Source: Chrysomallon squamiferum (Eukaryota > Animalia > Mollusca). Taken from it: a stretch of 64,000 nucleotides of DNA. This document shows positions 52,204 through 64,000 of the stretch, piece after piece. The position numbers and the translations under genes are program-made. Every line of letters starts with the position of its first letter. Positions within the stretch are counted from its first letter, which is position 1. The notes beneath the pieces are model-generated. The model was not told the origin of the DNA. It made no database searches and saw only the letters and a program-made list of their open reading frames with translations. Location: positions 28,210,001 to 28,274,000 of the forward strand of contig CM022679.1 in NCBI GenBank assembly GCA_012295275.1, in the 5' to 3' direction.

Positions 52204-55200
52204 TGTCATAAGTATGATAATAATTGTAATTATATCACAATAGTTATAATAATTATAGTAACAATAGTTATAATAATAATAACAGCCATAATAATAATAC
52301 TGCAAGAAAGTATGAATATGCTATACTGATTAATGGACAGTTGCATGAGGAAGCAGTGTTTATTAATAATAAAACATTTCTTACCATTGTATGGGTGAAT
52401 ATTCCAGTCGCTGTGCAGTGATACGGTGTTGTCACTGTCAAGTTGAAATGAAAAAGTTGCCACAGTTTTGACTAACTGCTGAAAGAAGTTGGCCAGCTGT
52501 GTGCAGTTGTTGAACATGATGTACCTGTCCTGTCTGTTAGTGAAATAACTGTCACTCAGGTTAGCACTGAAAACAAACATTTTGTATTTAACTACAACAT
52601 AGTGACCCCACCATTTGAGTGTCAGTATGTTTTGTGAACATACACACATACACAAAAACAATTTGCTTTTATTTCTGGAGACTGAATGCTTTTAAAGCTG
52701 GTTATATCACATCATACATGTTACAAGCATAACAAAAGAGTATCCTGCACCATTCTCTTTTCTTTTCAGCAGCACAAATCTTCCTGCAAACAGAACACCA
52801 TGTAGTACCCAGTCTTTAATGAACCTGTCATAAAACACTGACTTTAAAAGGGTAAAATCTACTGGGTGCCTTAGGAAGTATTGATCCAATAACTAATAAT
52901 GCTAAGTGCTCTACATTCTGTATTCAGGAAAATAGTGAATGTGACAGTATATCCATTTTCTCAAAAAAAACATACAAAACAAATAAAGGAAATAATAAAC
53001 AGTCACTGACTCATTCTGTCAAATAATGTATTGTGATATCTACAAGCACTGCTTATTTTATTACTTCATTTCATTTCTTGCAGTCATTTACCAAACTACT
53101 AATTCTACTGACTGGCAGTAAATTAAAATAAATTTAACCACAGAGAAAAGAATATTTGATAGTGATACACAGATGATAAACATTTTCTGTACTTAAGTGT
53201 AAAGAAAACTGACGTACCTACCCACTAATTATAAAGCTGTCATCGAAGAGGTAGACTTTGACGTGAGTGAGGCCGATGGTCTCATTGAACCGCTGTGGGA
53301 CGAAGCGTTTCAACAAGCCACGGAGGTCAGGTGTGTGGTACAGTGACACGCGAACCATTTCAGGAAATTCCTCCAACAACGGCAACAGCATAGTTCTTGA
53401 AGTGCACTCATTTCCCCGAGAACCACGAGTAAAATCTAACAAAATGTTCACTTGAAAATTTCTCTTTCCTTCCTGTCTTGCTTTATTGCATGCTTCTCGA
53501 ACACAGTCCACCTGTCATTAAAGTAAATAAATAAATAAATAAATAAATAAACAAATAAACAAATAAAACAGCAGGAACAGTATTTTAGGATGATTGATGA
53601 TTTCAGTTTGAATATGAAAGAAAATATTTGCCAGTTTCTTGCAGTAAGAAGGAAAAATAAAACTGTTTGAAATAAAAATTAGTATTTAGATAGAAACATA
53701 TTCTTATTAGTATTAATGAATCCTGTTTCATTTTCATTATATTAGAGGTGCAGGATTTTTTAGGTGTTTTTTTTTTGATAAAATTCATGTAGTAATTACA
53801 ATATGTTGAACAAAGTCACAGTCATTTCTAAAGATGACTTGAAAACTGATCTATGTACAAAATAAAAATCGAGAACTTTTGCTAGATATTTCCAATTCAT
53901 ATATATCTAGATTAGGCTCTGTATTGGAATAACCCAAAACGATTATTCTCATCTAATAGGATCCTGCAAAATTTAATGTGCACTTTTTCTAACACAACTA
54001 GGCACCAATCACAACTAGGCTGTTAATATCCATTGAAAAAAAAAAAAAAAATTAAATAATTATTATTGGATGACAGTACAAATTCTGTGAGTTTGTTAAA
54101 AAAATTACCAGTTCCTGCTCTAGATGACCTGTACCCAAATAAAGAGATGCAAAGGTTACTCGTGTTTTTGCCTTTCTTGTTTTCAACTGAAAATGTAAAA
54201 AATAAAAAAAATTATAATTTCTTTTAGCATTTTGATTAAACTAAAAATTTACTTCAAAATATAAATATTTTATTAATTTTCAAGACACAATTAGAAATGT
54301 TTATTACTTTTTTTTTGCTTTCAGATTTTTAAATCCCCCCCCCTAAAAATCTTTAAACATTTTATTTCAAGATTTAAAATCAAACTATTAATCCTGAACA
54401 TGTATTTAATTTTAGATATTAATATTATTATTAAATATGCATGAACAATTTGAATGACTTAACATGGTAATTATAATTCAGAAACTAAATAGATTTTTTA
54501 TAAAATAATTGCACAAAGCTGAAAAACTGGCTTAATAGCCACTGATGGACTACAATATTACAAATATTTCTTAAAATATCAAAGATATTATGGATTGTTA
54601 ATCTGGAATATTGTGAAAAACAAAACTTAGATAAACTACAAATGAATAAGCACAATTTTACAAGTGGTGACTTTAAACTCACTTTTAAAATCTCATAAAA
54701 TTGTGTGGGCTCTGTGAGAACCACAACTTGTTCTCCTTTTACATGGAAACATGGAGAAGATTTTCCAATCCAAGAGAAATAGTTATGTGCAGACAGGTCT
54801 TTGGAGTATGCAGTTTTTGTCTGTCCTGGGTTTAATCTGGACTGAATCCTCTCACTAGAACATCGTCTGCTACAAGTGATGAATGTTCTGGAAATAAACC
54901 AGAAACCTGTTGAGAACATACTCAGAAACAATAAAAATGTCTCCAATGCAGACATCTTTTCCCTCCTTAATGTTGCTGGATTACCCTCTGTGGTATCTGA
55001 TCTACAATTTATAAATAAATAAAAAACCGACAGCAACAGACTTGACTGTATAAGCTATTAATATTCTCATAAAACAATATTGATATTTCCTTCTAAAGTT
55101 TTGTTGTAAAAACTAAATACTGCTTGTAAATAATAAGTCATAAAACATTTTCATTTTAAGGCAGTTTTAGTCGTTAATATTAATTTGTGTTCGTATTCAA

Positions 55201-55982
55201 TTACAACTTCAATTAATGAATTAGCTAGACTGTGTTAAATTTGATTAACAATTTACACACTCAGAAATGTATCAAGAAGCTGTTACATGAACTTTGCTAC
55301 ACTTATAAACTCCCTCAACCTGGTATAAAATTATTTGAACTGAAATTGTTTATTTTCGATTGTTACTCAACTTATCATTTACTGTGAAACACTGGAAGTG
55401 TGATTTTTTAAACATCTCATTATCTGTTATTAAAAATAAGAATTTTATTGAAAGAGAAAAAAGAGTAATGACAGTCTATGAATGCACACACTGTTTCTTT
55501 TTAAAAACCGTTGGAGTAAATCAATTAAATTTAGAAGAACTGTTTTAGTTAAAATTAAATGTGCCTTTCATTGGGAGGAATTCACTTAACTAACAAAATC
55601 AAAATGTCTGCTTGCATAGCGCGATTACCTTCGACATTAACTCAGATTGAGACTTAGGAAATATTTGTTGCATCTTGTTGCTCGTTTTTTAAAGATTCTC
55701 ATTATTATATTTTTATTACCGAATTACAACTCAACAAATATGATTTTCGTTTCGGAGTTTGAAATAAACTGTAAAAATAAAATATTAAATAAATAAAACA
55801 AAAACAAATCTTGAAATCATATTATTAAATGTATGGCTTCGTAACTGCCAAACTATCTAGCCAAACAAACACGAAATCTGAGATATCATATGCTACAATG
55901 CATATCTCAATCTAATGAAATACCTTAATATTAAACTAGATCTGTAGCGCAAAAATAACTTCATCAACCCACGATCGGCCAT
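50452..55982 (-). CDS. PGS1: Mitochondrial CDP-diacylglycerol--glycerol-3-phosphate 3-phosphatidyltransferase, 9 exons, about 579 aa
   Basis: Exons 55924-55982, 54683-55001, 54109-54186, 53222-53511, 52385-52566, 51761-52143, 51243-51468, 50776-50858, 50452-50571, phase-consistent. Motifs: ASLYLGTG, LLDFTRGSRG, SLYHTPDLRG, HVKVYLFDDSFIISGANLSDSYFTNRQDRY, WTFHVKGLW...IGSTNFGYRS (two PLD-type HxK motifs), C-terminal IKNFF. The start at 55982 is less certain; an alternative in-frame ATG lies at 54955. Confidence 0.96.
50822..51115 (-). repeat. Triplicated PGS1 3' splice site and exon start, separated by (TG)n tracts
   Basis: TTTTTAATGTTTCAG|GTTA(T/C)AG(A/G)TCT(G/A)TATACAGAGACTTG with AG at 51082-51081, 50968-50967 and 50860-50859. 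Confidence 0.93.
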
Positions 55983-56437
55983 ATTTGTTTTCTCCTTTTC
56001 TTTTTCTTTTTTTATTTTCCTCAAAATATTTTGAGAACTGAATCATTTGATAATTTATTAATGTTTTAATTATTATGAAACTATATTATTAATTTAATAT
56101 ATTTTCATATGATTTAAAAAATTATCTTCATGTACCATGTAGTGCTTGATTCTTGGATGAATGTGTTAGTGCAATTTGTTTTAAAAATATCACGGTAACT
56201 TTAACGTTTTCGTTTTTACTTCAGCTGTAGAAAAAAAATATATATATGTTTTTGATATCGTCATTATTATGTCACTGAATTAAAAACCTCTCGGTTCTAT
56301 AGACTACTATGGTCAGTGACATGGCTAATACATTCCTTTCCACATTCGTTAATCCTAATTCCATGTGATTAGTGTAAGCGTAACATATCTAAGGTCTTTT
56401 TATATAAATCTGGTTTTCGCTTGTAACTAGTCAATTT

Positions 56438-56463
56438 GTTACCAGACGACTCTCCATGGCAAC
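56438..56463. promoter_or_regulatory. Tandem RFX X-box motifs upstream of the dynein gene
   Basis: GTTACCAGACGAC (56438-56450) abuts CTCTCCATGGCAAC (56450-56463; reverse complement GTTGCCATGGAGAG), about 230 bp upstream of the ATG. RFX control of ciliary genes is established. Confidence 0.75.
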
Positions 56464-56693
56464 TGATGCGATTAACACTATAAACTCGACAGCACAGACG
56501 ACAGCCAGCTTTGTTGTGTTTAGAGGTTAGATAGGTTGGAGTCTGAAAAATAGCATTGTGATTGTGGTTTGTGTCAATAGCTAATTATTTACCTTTATCG
56601 TCCTTTTTTTTTTCGTTTTTATTTATTTATTTTAATTTTTCCACCCCCCAGAGTTTAAAAGATCTGAATCGATAAATTTAAACTCTGGTAAAA

Positions 56694-59600
56694 ATGGCAG
56701 CAGATTTAGATTTGAACGACAAGCGTGTCGAATTCATGGCAGATTATGTCTTGAAGACGATGAAACTAAAAGGTGACAAGTGGTCAAAAATGTACAATGT
56801 GGACGAAACGAAGGTGTTATTCACGGACTATTTTGACAAGTCAGATATAACAACATTCATAATAAGTTTAAATGCTTCTGGTTCGCTGGTTGCTCAGTAT
56901 GAGTGGCCATCATCTCCAAAAGGAAAAACTTGCTATTTTGTGAAAAAGGCCAAAAATCCGATATACAAAGATACAACGTTTCGGACAGCGCTCATGTATG
57001 GTGATTTAGCACCATCACCTCTCGATCAGCTTTCGGTTTTTGTTGATGAAGTAAGCATATTTTAATAATGATTTTACAGATATATTTATTACTATTTAAC
57101 TTTTGTTTAAATGATCACAATTAATGCTCATTCATTTTTAAGAAAAGAATTTTTTTTTTTTCTCTCTGTAAAATATTTAAATTAAATTTGCAGGGAATGT
57201 AATGTTAATTTGTTAAGTCAATTCAATATATGTATATTAAATACCTGTTTGTATTAATAACTAACATTAAAAGAATTTATTATTATTATTGTTATAAATA
57301 TTATATTAATTGAATGACAAAATATCTGATTTGTTAAAATACATTTATAAAAAAAAAAATAATAATATGCAAATGTCATTTCTTTAAAAAAAATATATAT
57401 TTCCATTTTCAAAGGTGCTGGTACCACTTCTCTCAAATGAACAAAATCATGACAACTGGCCTAAGGTGGTATCTCAAGATGTTACCAAGCATGTTCGAAC
57501 TCTCAAGAGTAAGGTGTATGTCATTTCAGGACAAGCCAAAGGCAAAACTTTGCTGCCTTTACCTATTGGAGCAGAAACAGTTGAAGACATTACAGCACAG
57601 ACTGAAAAGTAAATTCATTTCCATAACGCTACCCCCAAAAGATCAAACTCCCCACAAACCAGCTCTAGTAATTATAACACCTTTTGTAGCAGTATTTCAT
57701 AATAAATTCTTAATTAGTTTTACTCGGTGATATTTCTTTGACACTTGCATTTAAACATACATATATTTAATTGTAGGGATACATATGACAGAAGTTTGGT
57801 CCATGCCATTGAATCTGTGGTTATTGAATGGACACATCAAATTCGTGATGTACTCAAACGAGATTCAGCTCAGCCATTGCTTGAAGGTCTCAATCCAACA
57901 CCATTTGTTGAACTGGATTTCTGGAGGAACAAAGCTACCAATCTTGAATGTATTTATGAACAGGTAAGAATTTATGTTAAGAAATAACACGTTAAAAAGA
58001 AAGAAAAGAAAATGCAATATTCTTTTTTGTGGGAATATGTGTGTGTGTGTGTGTGTGTATAAAAATATACGTATATATCTATATATATATATTTTATATA
58101 AAGTATGTATAGATGTATGTGTATGCATGTGTATATATGTATATATATGTACCTGTGTGTCTGTAAGTGTGTGTGTAACAGTAGTTAACAATATTTATTT
58201 AAAAATAGCAGTTTTTTTCATGTTACGGTAAACTATGAAACAAAAATCCAAAAATAAATTGAACCTCTTTTGAATTTGATTTTAATTAGTATTGTGTAAT
58301 TGTTAATAAGCTAAATTTTTTAATTTCAGTTGAGAGATCCTAAAGTCCGCAAAATGGCAGAACTGCTGGAGAGAACAAACAGCAGTTATTTCCCAGCTTT
58401 TAAGAATATCTTCAGAGATGTTGTTTCAGGTAATAAATTATAAGTTTCTTAAAAAATAACAAAGAATAAGCAAAAACAACCTATTACATATCCATAATCA
58501 AGATGTTGATGTGTCTGCACAAAAATGAAAGATTTCATATTTCCATGTTGATGCCACAAGTCTCCATATAAATTAAAGCACCTTTTAATATAATTTTGTG
58601 AAATTTCAGCCCTGACTGAGGCGCAGGACATCAACATGTTCATGAAGCCTCTGAGACATCATCTTGAAGATCTGGAACAAGCTGAGTTTGATGAATGCAT
58701 TCCATTGCTGGCCCCTCTTCTTCACTGTACCTGTTTAATGTGGGCAAACTCTAGCTTCTACAACACCCCTGCTAGGATCATTGTGCTCCTCCAGGAAATC
58801 TGCAACATGATCATTGATCAGGTATATATGTCTTTTAATTGTAAATATTATATTAAAAGGAAACACACTTGTGAAGTGTCACCCTTAAGTAATATAATAA
58901 CTGTAGGTAATTTTATTTACTTTGACATTTAGGTTAAATTCTTTGAAAAAGTTTACTTGTATTTATCTTGCATTTACTTTTTCACATTTAATTATCTAAA
59001 ATATTTTAGTTAAACATTTTAGTTAAGGTGTAAACTTAAAAAATCTTTTGAACACAATATGTGAAATTCTTAAAAAGAGAATTCCTTACAGTTTATATCT
59101 GACTTCCTAACAACTTTAAGGCTTGAAATGAAGTAATTAAAATGTTAATGAAATAGTATTGACATTCTCTGGAACTTCTTGATTTAATAATGCTTTTGTT
59201 TCAGTGTTCTGCTTTCTTGGAGCCAATGGAAATCTTTAAAGGAGAAATTGAAGAAACAGTTGTCAAAGTACAGAAGGCCAAAGAAGTACTATTTACATTC
59301 AGTAATCTGTATAAAGAACACAAGACTAAACTGAAGACATATTTCAAGGATGGAAATACACCACGTGAATGGGAGTTTGCACCTCAGTTGGTGTTTTCCA
59401 GATACAACAAATTCATGGAGAGAGTGAACAGCATTCAAGTAAGATTTTATTAAAAATACTATACACCATATGATAAATTGTGTGCCTGAAAGTAATATGT
59501 TGCAGTAAATTCATAGCTTTTGTAATTTTCATTCCTACTTGTTTGTTTATTCAAAATATGTAATGTACAACCATTCCAATATTTATTTTGAAAAGGATAC

Positions 59601-62352
59601 AGATAATTATTTTTGGATTTTTAAATATCACTGAAACAAGAATAATAATTGCATTTTTTAATTGCATTCATTTTGTGCATATTATTTTTCTAAATTGTTT
59701 CAGGAATTGATGGAAACTGCTCTGGAATTCCTAAAACTTGAGAAAATTGAGTTTGGTGGTATCAAGGGAAAAGTTCTCAGTTCTGAAGTCGTGCATATCT
59801 TTGAAGAATTCAATGAAGTTTACAAAGTTTTCTCAGAGAGAACTTACAACTGTCTTGATACAAGTAGCCAGGATTTCCTTGTGGACTACAAAAACTTCTT
59901 TGATCAAATCAGTGACTTTGACAGGAGACTGGCTACCTGTATATGTCAGGGTTTTGATGATGTGTCAGGACTGGAATCAGCATTTAAGGTACTGTTAATA
60001 TTTTAAAATATTTTATAAAATTATTGATCAATGCTTCTGTATTTTTTCATTTGATTATTATGGTTTAAATTAAATATTTATTGAATATTTTAAAAACAGT
60101 TATATCATCTTTTTTTTTAAAAATTTTTTAATGTATTAATGAAACTTTGTACAGTACAATACAGGTGAGATTTTATAGAAAAAGCCAAAACAAATAAATA
60201 AATAAAAATATGAGATTTATTATGAGATAAAGCAAATTGATATATTTTCTATATTATTAAACAAATACTAGGTTGAATTAATTATGAACATATGCTTATC
60301 TTATAATGGGTTTAAGACATTTTTCTATAGAAATACAAAAAAGAGTAATAATTGCAATATATAACTGGCCAAAAGTATGATTGCATTCTGTGTTTCATTT
60401 TCACATATTAATTTTTTGCAGCTTATTGATATCATAGGCACTTTGCTGAATTTACCATTGATTAAAAAGGATTTTGATCAAAAGTATCCAGTGTTAGTTG
60501 ACATGATGAATGAACTCTTTGATGAGGCAAAGAAAATTTATGATGACCAAGTTGAAGTAAAGAGAAAAACAAATAGGTTTCCCATACACAAAAACATGCC
60601 CAGGATGACAGGTGGTCTCAGATGGTCAAAAGAACTTCGAGATAGGATTAACATCCCAATGTTTAGCTTCAAACAGATTGAACACCCGTAAGTTTAGTTT
60701 TTGTGTAAAAATGATAATTTTGGCATTCTTAATTAGAAATAAAAACATTAATAATTATAAACTAGAATACTAGTTACTATTTTATTATGATTAAATATTG
60801 AGTTGAAAGTAGTAGAAAATAATTAAACAAAATATTTAGTTATTTTTTATTAATGTTTGAAAATTAATTTAAAAAATCCATGATTTGGAATATATCAAAT
60901 CATTTTATTGTAGAGTTATGCAAAGTCAAGAAGCTAAACTTGTATACACCAAACATGACCAGATGATAAAATTACTGGGAGAGTGAGTATCTGTTTTTAA
61001 TATTTGCATTAAATTATTGTCACTCGTATTGTTGCATGTTTGTTCAAAGTAACCTGCACAGTTTGGATTATCAATAAATGGTGATATTCAGACTATCAAT
61101 AGAATCTTAAAATGTGTATGTTTAAAAAAAGAAGATCAAACAAATAAAAAAAAAAATCAACATTGCACTAATGATTTCATTTATTTGATGTTCAGTGCAT
61201 AAATAATTACTGTAGTTACAATGCACTTCACAAAACAAACTAATCTCATCTTAGGAATTTTCTACCTGTACTAAGAAAACACAGTTAAATTAAATTTGTA
61301 TTTGTCACACATAATGACAAAATATAAAAATATAATTATATTTGTTGTTGTTATTAATCAGCATATTTCACAAACTATAAACACAAAGGTTGATATCTAG
61401 CATTAATGAGGAATAAAATTCACAACCATGAAAGTTAATTTGAACAGAAAGATTTAGATTGTATATTGTACTTAAATTTCGGAATAATACTAATAATAAT
61501 GCCAATGATAACAATTGTTATTATTACAGACATTACTGTCAGTATTTAAAAATAGATTAAAACGTGGTTCTGTTTGTTTGTTATGTTTTTCCTCCAGGTC
61601 TTTATTTTGCACCAGGTGTTTTCAAGTGGTAATAATATTAATACCTGTATAACCGATTCAATTCTTCAAATAACCTGCATGAATGTTTAACCAACATCTA
61701 CAGCAGTAAAGACTGTCCAAGTTTTATAGTATTTGGAGTGAGAAAGGTAAGTATTGTCTGAGAACATTTAGTCTCGTTCTTATAAACAGTAATATATTCT
61801 GTAGGTATAGTGCTTTCATTTAAAACAAATTGAGTTAAACATTATTCTAATTATGCAGATTTATGCTACACTTGCACCAGTTTATCACATCACTATTTTA
61901 CTAACAAATTTCTTGATTGCATGCAGAATGTTGAAATTTTTAAATGTAGTTAGTCTGACATTTTTATTTTGGCATTTATTTCCAAATTTTCTATTCAGTT
62001 TGTAAACATCAAATGTGTAATCCAAATATAAATTAAAAAAATGCTGTTACATGTCAAAATAATTTTAGTTTTGAATAATCATTTGCGAAATGTTCTTGAT
62101 GCTAAGAAAACAAGTTATATAAAGTGGTTGGTTGATGGTTTGAATTCTTAAAATGCTAATAATATATGGTTTGCAGTTCTTACATTCAGATCCAAAATCA
62201 GAGTTTTAACAGTGATTGTATGTTGAACAAAAAATCACTTGTTTCATTTATTAACCTGTTCTGTAACAAGTATAATAGTAATGAAAGTCATATAATTGGG
62301 ATTTTTCTGAATGTTATGACAATATTTAATTTTAAATTCTTCTTCTTTATCT

Positions 62353-62390
<38 letters not shown>

Positions 62391-64000
62391 TTTTTTATCA
62401 GTGTTGTTTGTTATTTTCAATTAGATGGGATGATCAGCTGTACAAGGAATGGACACAGAATGTTGATGAAGCTTGTTCTTTCAACCTAACACAACCAATT
62501 ATCACTCGTAATACAGAAACAAATCTCATTTCTGTTAACTTCAACCCACAGGTATAGCATAATTATTTTACTAAATTAAAATACCATGTGAAAATAAATC
62601 TTGATCAATCAAAAACATTTGATACCCACTTATTTTCTTCTCATTTTTATTTGTTCATGAATTACATTAGTTTGTGACACCTACTTGATATTTTGTTTCC
62701 TGGACTTTTCAAAACATTGATGTTTATATGGTAAATGATTAATCATTACCTTTCTATTACAAAATGTTTTTAGTTGGTTGCTGTGCTTAAAGAAGTCAAA
62801 TACTTGAAAATAAGAGGGGAAGAAGAAGTTCCAGAGAGTGCAATGGCTATTTACTCTAGAAATGACATTTTTCGAAAATACCTGGCTAACCTTGATTTGA
62901 CTGTTCAGTGGTACAATAAAGTTAGAAAAACTGTGCTGGAGGTTGAATATCCACTTATTGAAGATCAGCTGAAAGAAATTGATCAACAGTTGGAACAGGC
63001 TGAAAAGATTCTTAACTGGAATAGTGATGGTCAGTGATTTAAATGTTTTCTAATATTTAGTGACATGAAAAAGTTTAACCATGTAAATTGGAACTATATA
63101 TTTGAAAACATTGTTATGCATAACAACACTAGCATAAAACTTTCTGATAGTTTCTTTATGCATCTGTATACAACAAATTAGGTAATTACTAATCCATAGA
63201 CATTGATATTTCCCTTCAAGATAACATGTTTATAAAAGTAAATTTGTACTTATTATTCATTTTAAAATATGGTACCTCAGTTAACTAATAATTTTTAACA
63301 TTAATTCACTTTGTTCTTTTAAAAATTAAAAAGCTGTTTGGGAGTACATTGAAGCAACAAGAGACAAAGTTCATGACCTGGAAACACGAGTGCAGAAAGC
63401 CAAGAATAACATTGAAGAAATACAGAAGATCATGACAACTTGGAGTAAAATTCCACTGTTTGACAGGAAAGAAGAGAAACATGATTCACTTCTCAATTTA
63501 GATGATCGAACAGACAGGTTGAATAAACGCTACAATGACATAAAGAATGCTGCAGAAAAAATACACACTTTGCTGAAGGTAAATGTTTATTCATTATTCT
63601 TTCTTGTGGATTTCTTTTAAGTAGAAATTACATTTCCCACTTTCAGAATTTAAAAGTTGCATGACTTGTTTTCAAGATAGTTATCTAAAATCTATACCTG
63701 TATCTATATCTATCTATCTATCTATATAAAGAAATGTATTCCGTCTTCAATACTGTCTTTATTATTATTTCAGTTGATACTGCCATAACTGTTACTGATC
63801 TATAAAGCCTGCAATATTGTCATTTTAAATGATATGTTAGATAATAAAACATTGATTTTTGAAATTATTTTCTAGCAAAATCTTCAATATTTCAAAGCAT
63901 CTGAGGATACTGATACTTGGAAGGCATATGTTGACTATGCTGATGAGATGATTGTTGATGGACTATTCAATGCTATCAACTGCAGCATGCAGCATCTTCT
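56694..64000 (+). CDS. Axonemal outer-arm dynein heavy chain, beta type (DNAH9/11/17 family), N-terminal tail, 3'-partial
   Basis: Exons 56694-57050, 57415-57608, 57777-57963, 58330-58429, 58610-58821, 59205-59438, 59704-59988, 60422-60687, 60914-60982, 62425-62551, 62774-63029, 63334-63578, 63876->64000, phase-consistent. Sequences LMYGDLAPSPLDQLS, WPKVVSQDV, GKTLLPLP, HAIESVVIEWTHQIRDVLKRDSAQPLLEGLNPTP and DFDRRLATCICQGFDD match my recollection of the sea-urchin beta-dynein/DNAH17 N-terminus. Confidence 0.96.

Overview
This is very AT-rich, microsatellite-rich animal genomic DNA with short GT-AG introns; an invertebrate, probably lophotrochozoan or mollusc-like, is my inference. It is not prokaryotic, and most ORF-track entries are exon read-throughs or microsatellite artefacts. 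Reading splice sites by hand gives five intron-containing genes. (1) A giant cadherin (- strand, 37 coding exons, at least 21 EC repeats) runs off the left edge. Its N-terminus is Cad99C/PCDH15-like, followed by an array of Ca2+-motif-degenerate repeats, with one 1-nt frameshift. (2) RPS24 (-) has a TOP/TCT promoter, and its last core exon ends without a stop codon. (3) PARG (+, 19 exons) lies head-to-head with RPS24. (4) PGS1 (-, 9 exons) converges on PARG. (5) An outer-arm beta-type dynein heavy chain (+) runs off the right edge, head-to-head with PGS1 and preceded by RFX X-boxes. Two MITEs and several minisatellites lie in introns. The best leads are an apparent alternative C-terminus switch in RPS24 (23-nt stop exon versus a distal exon ending in a SIM-like motif), the chimeric cadherin architecture, a phased CCAAT plus palindrome array, and a triplicated PGS1 acceptor with a poison copy. 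All coordinates were read by eye and no database search was run.
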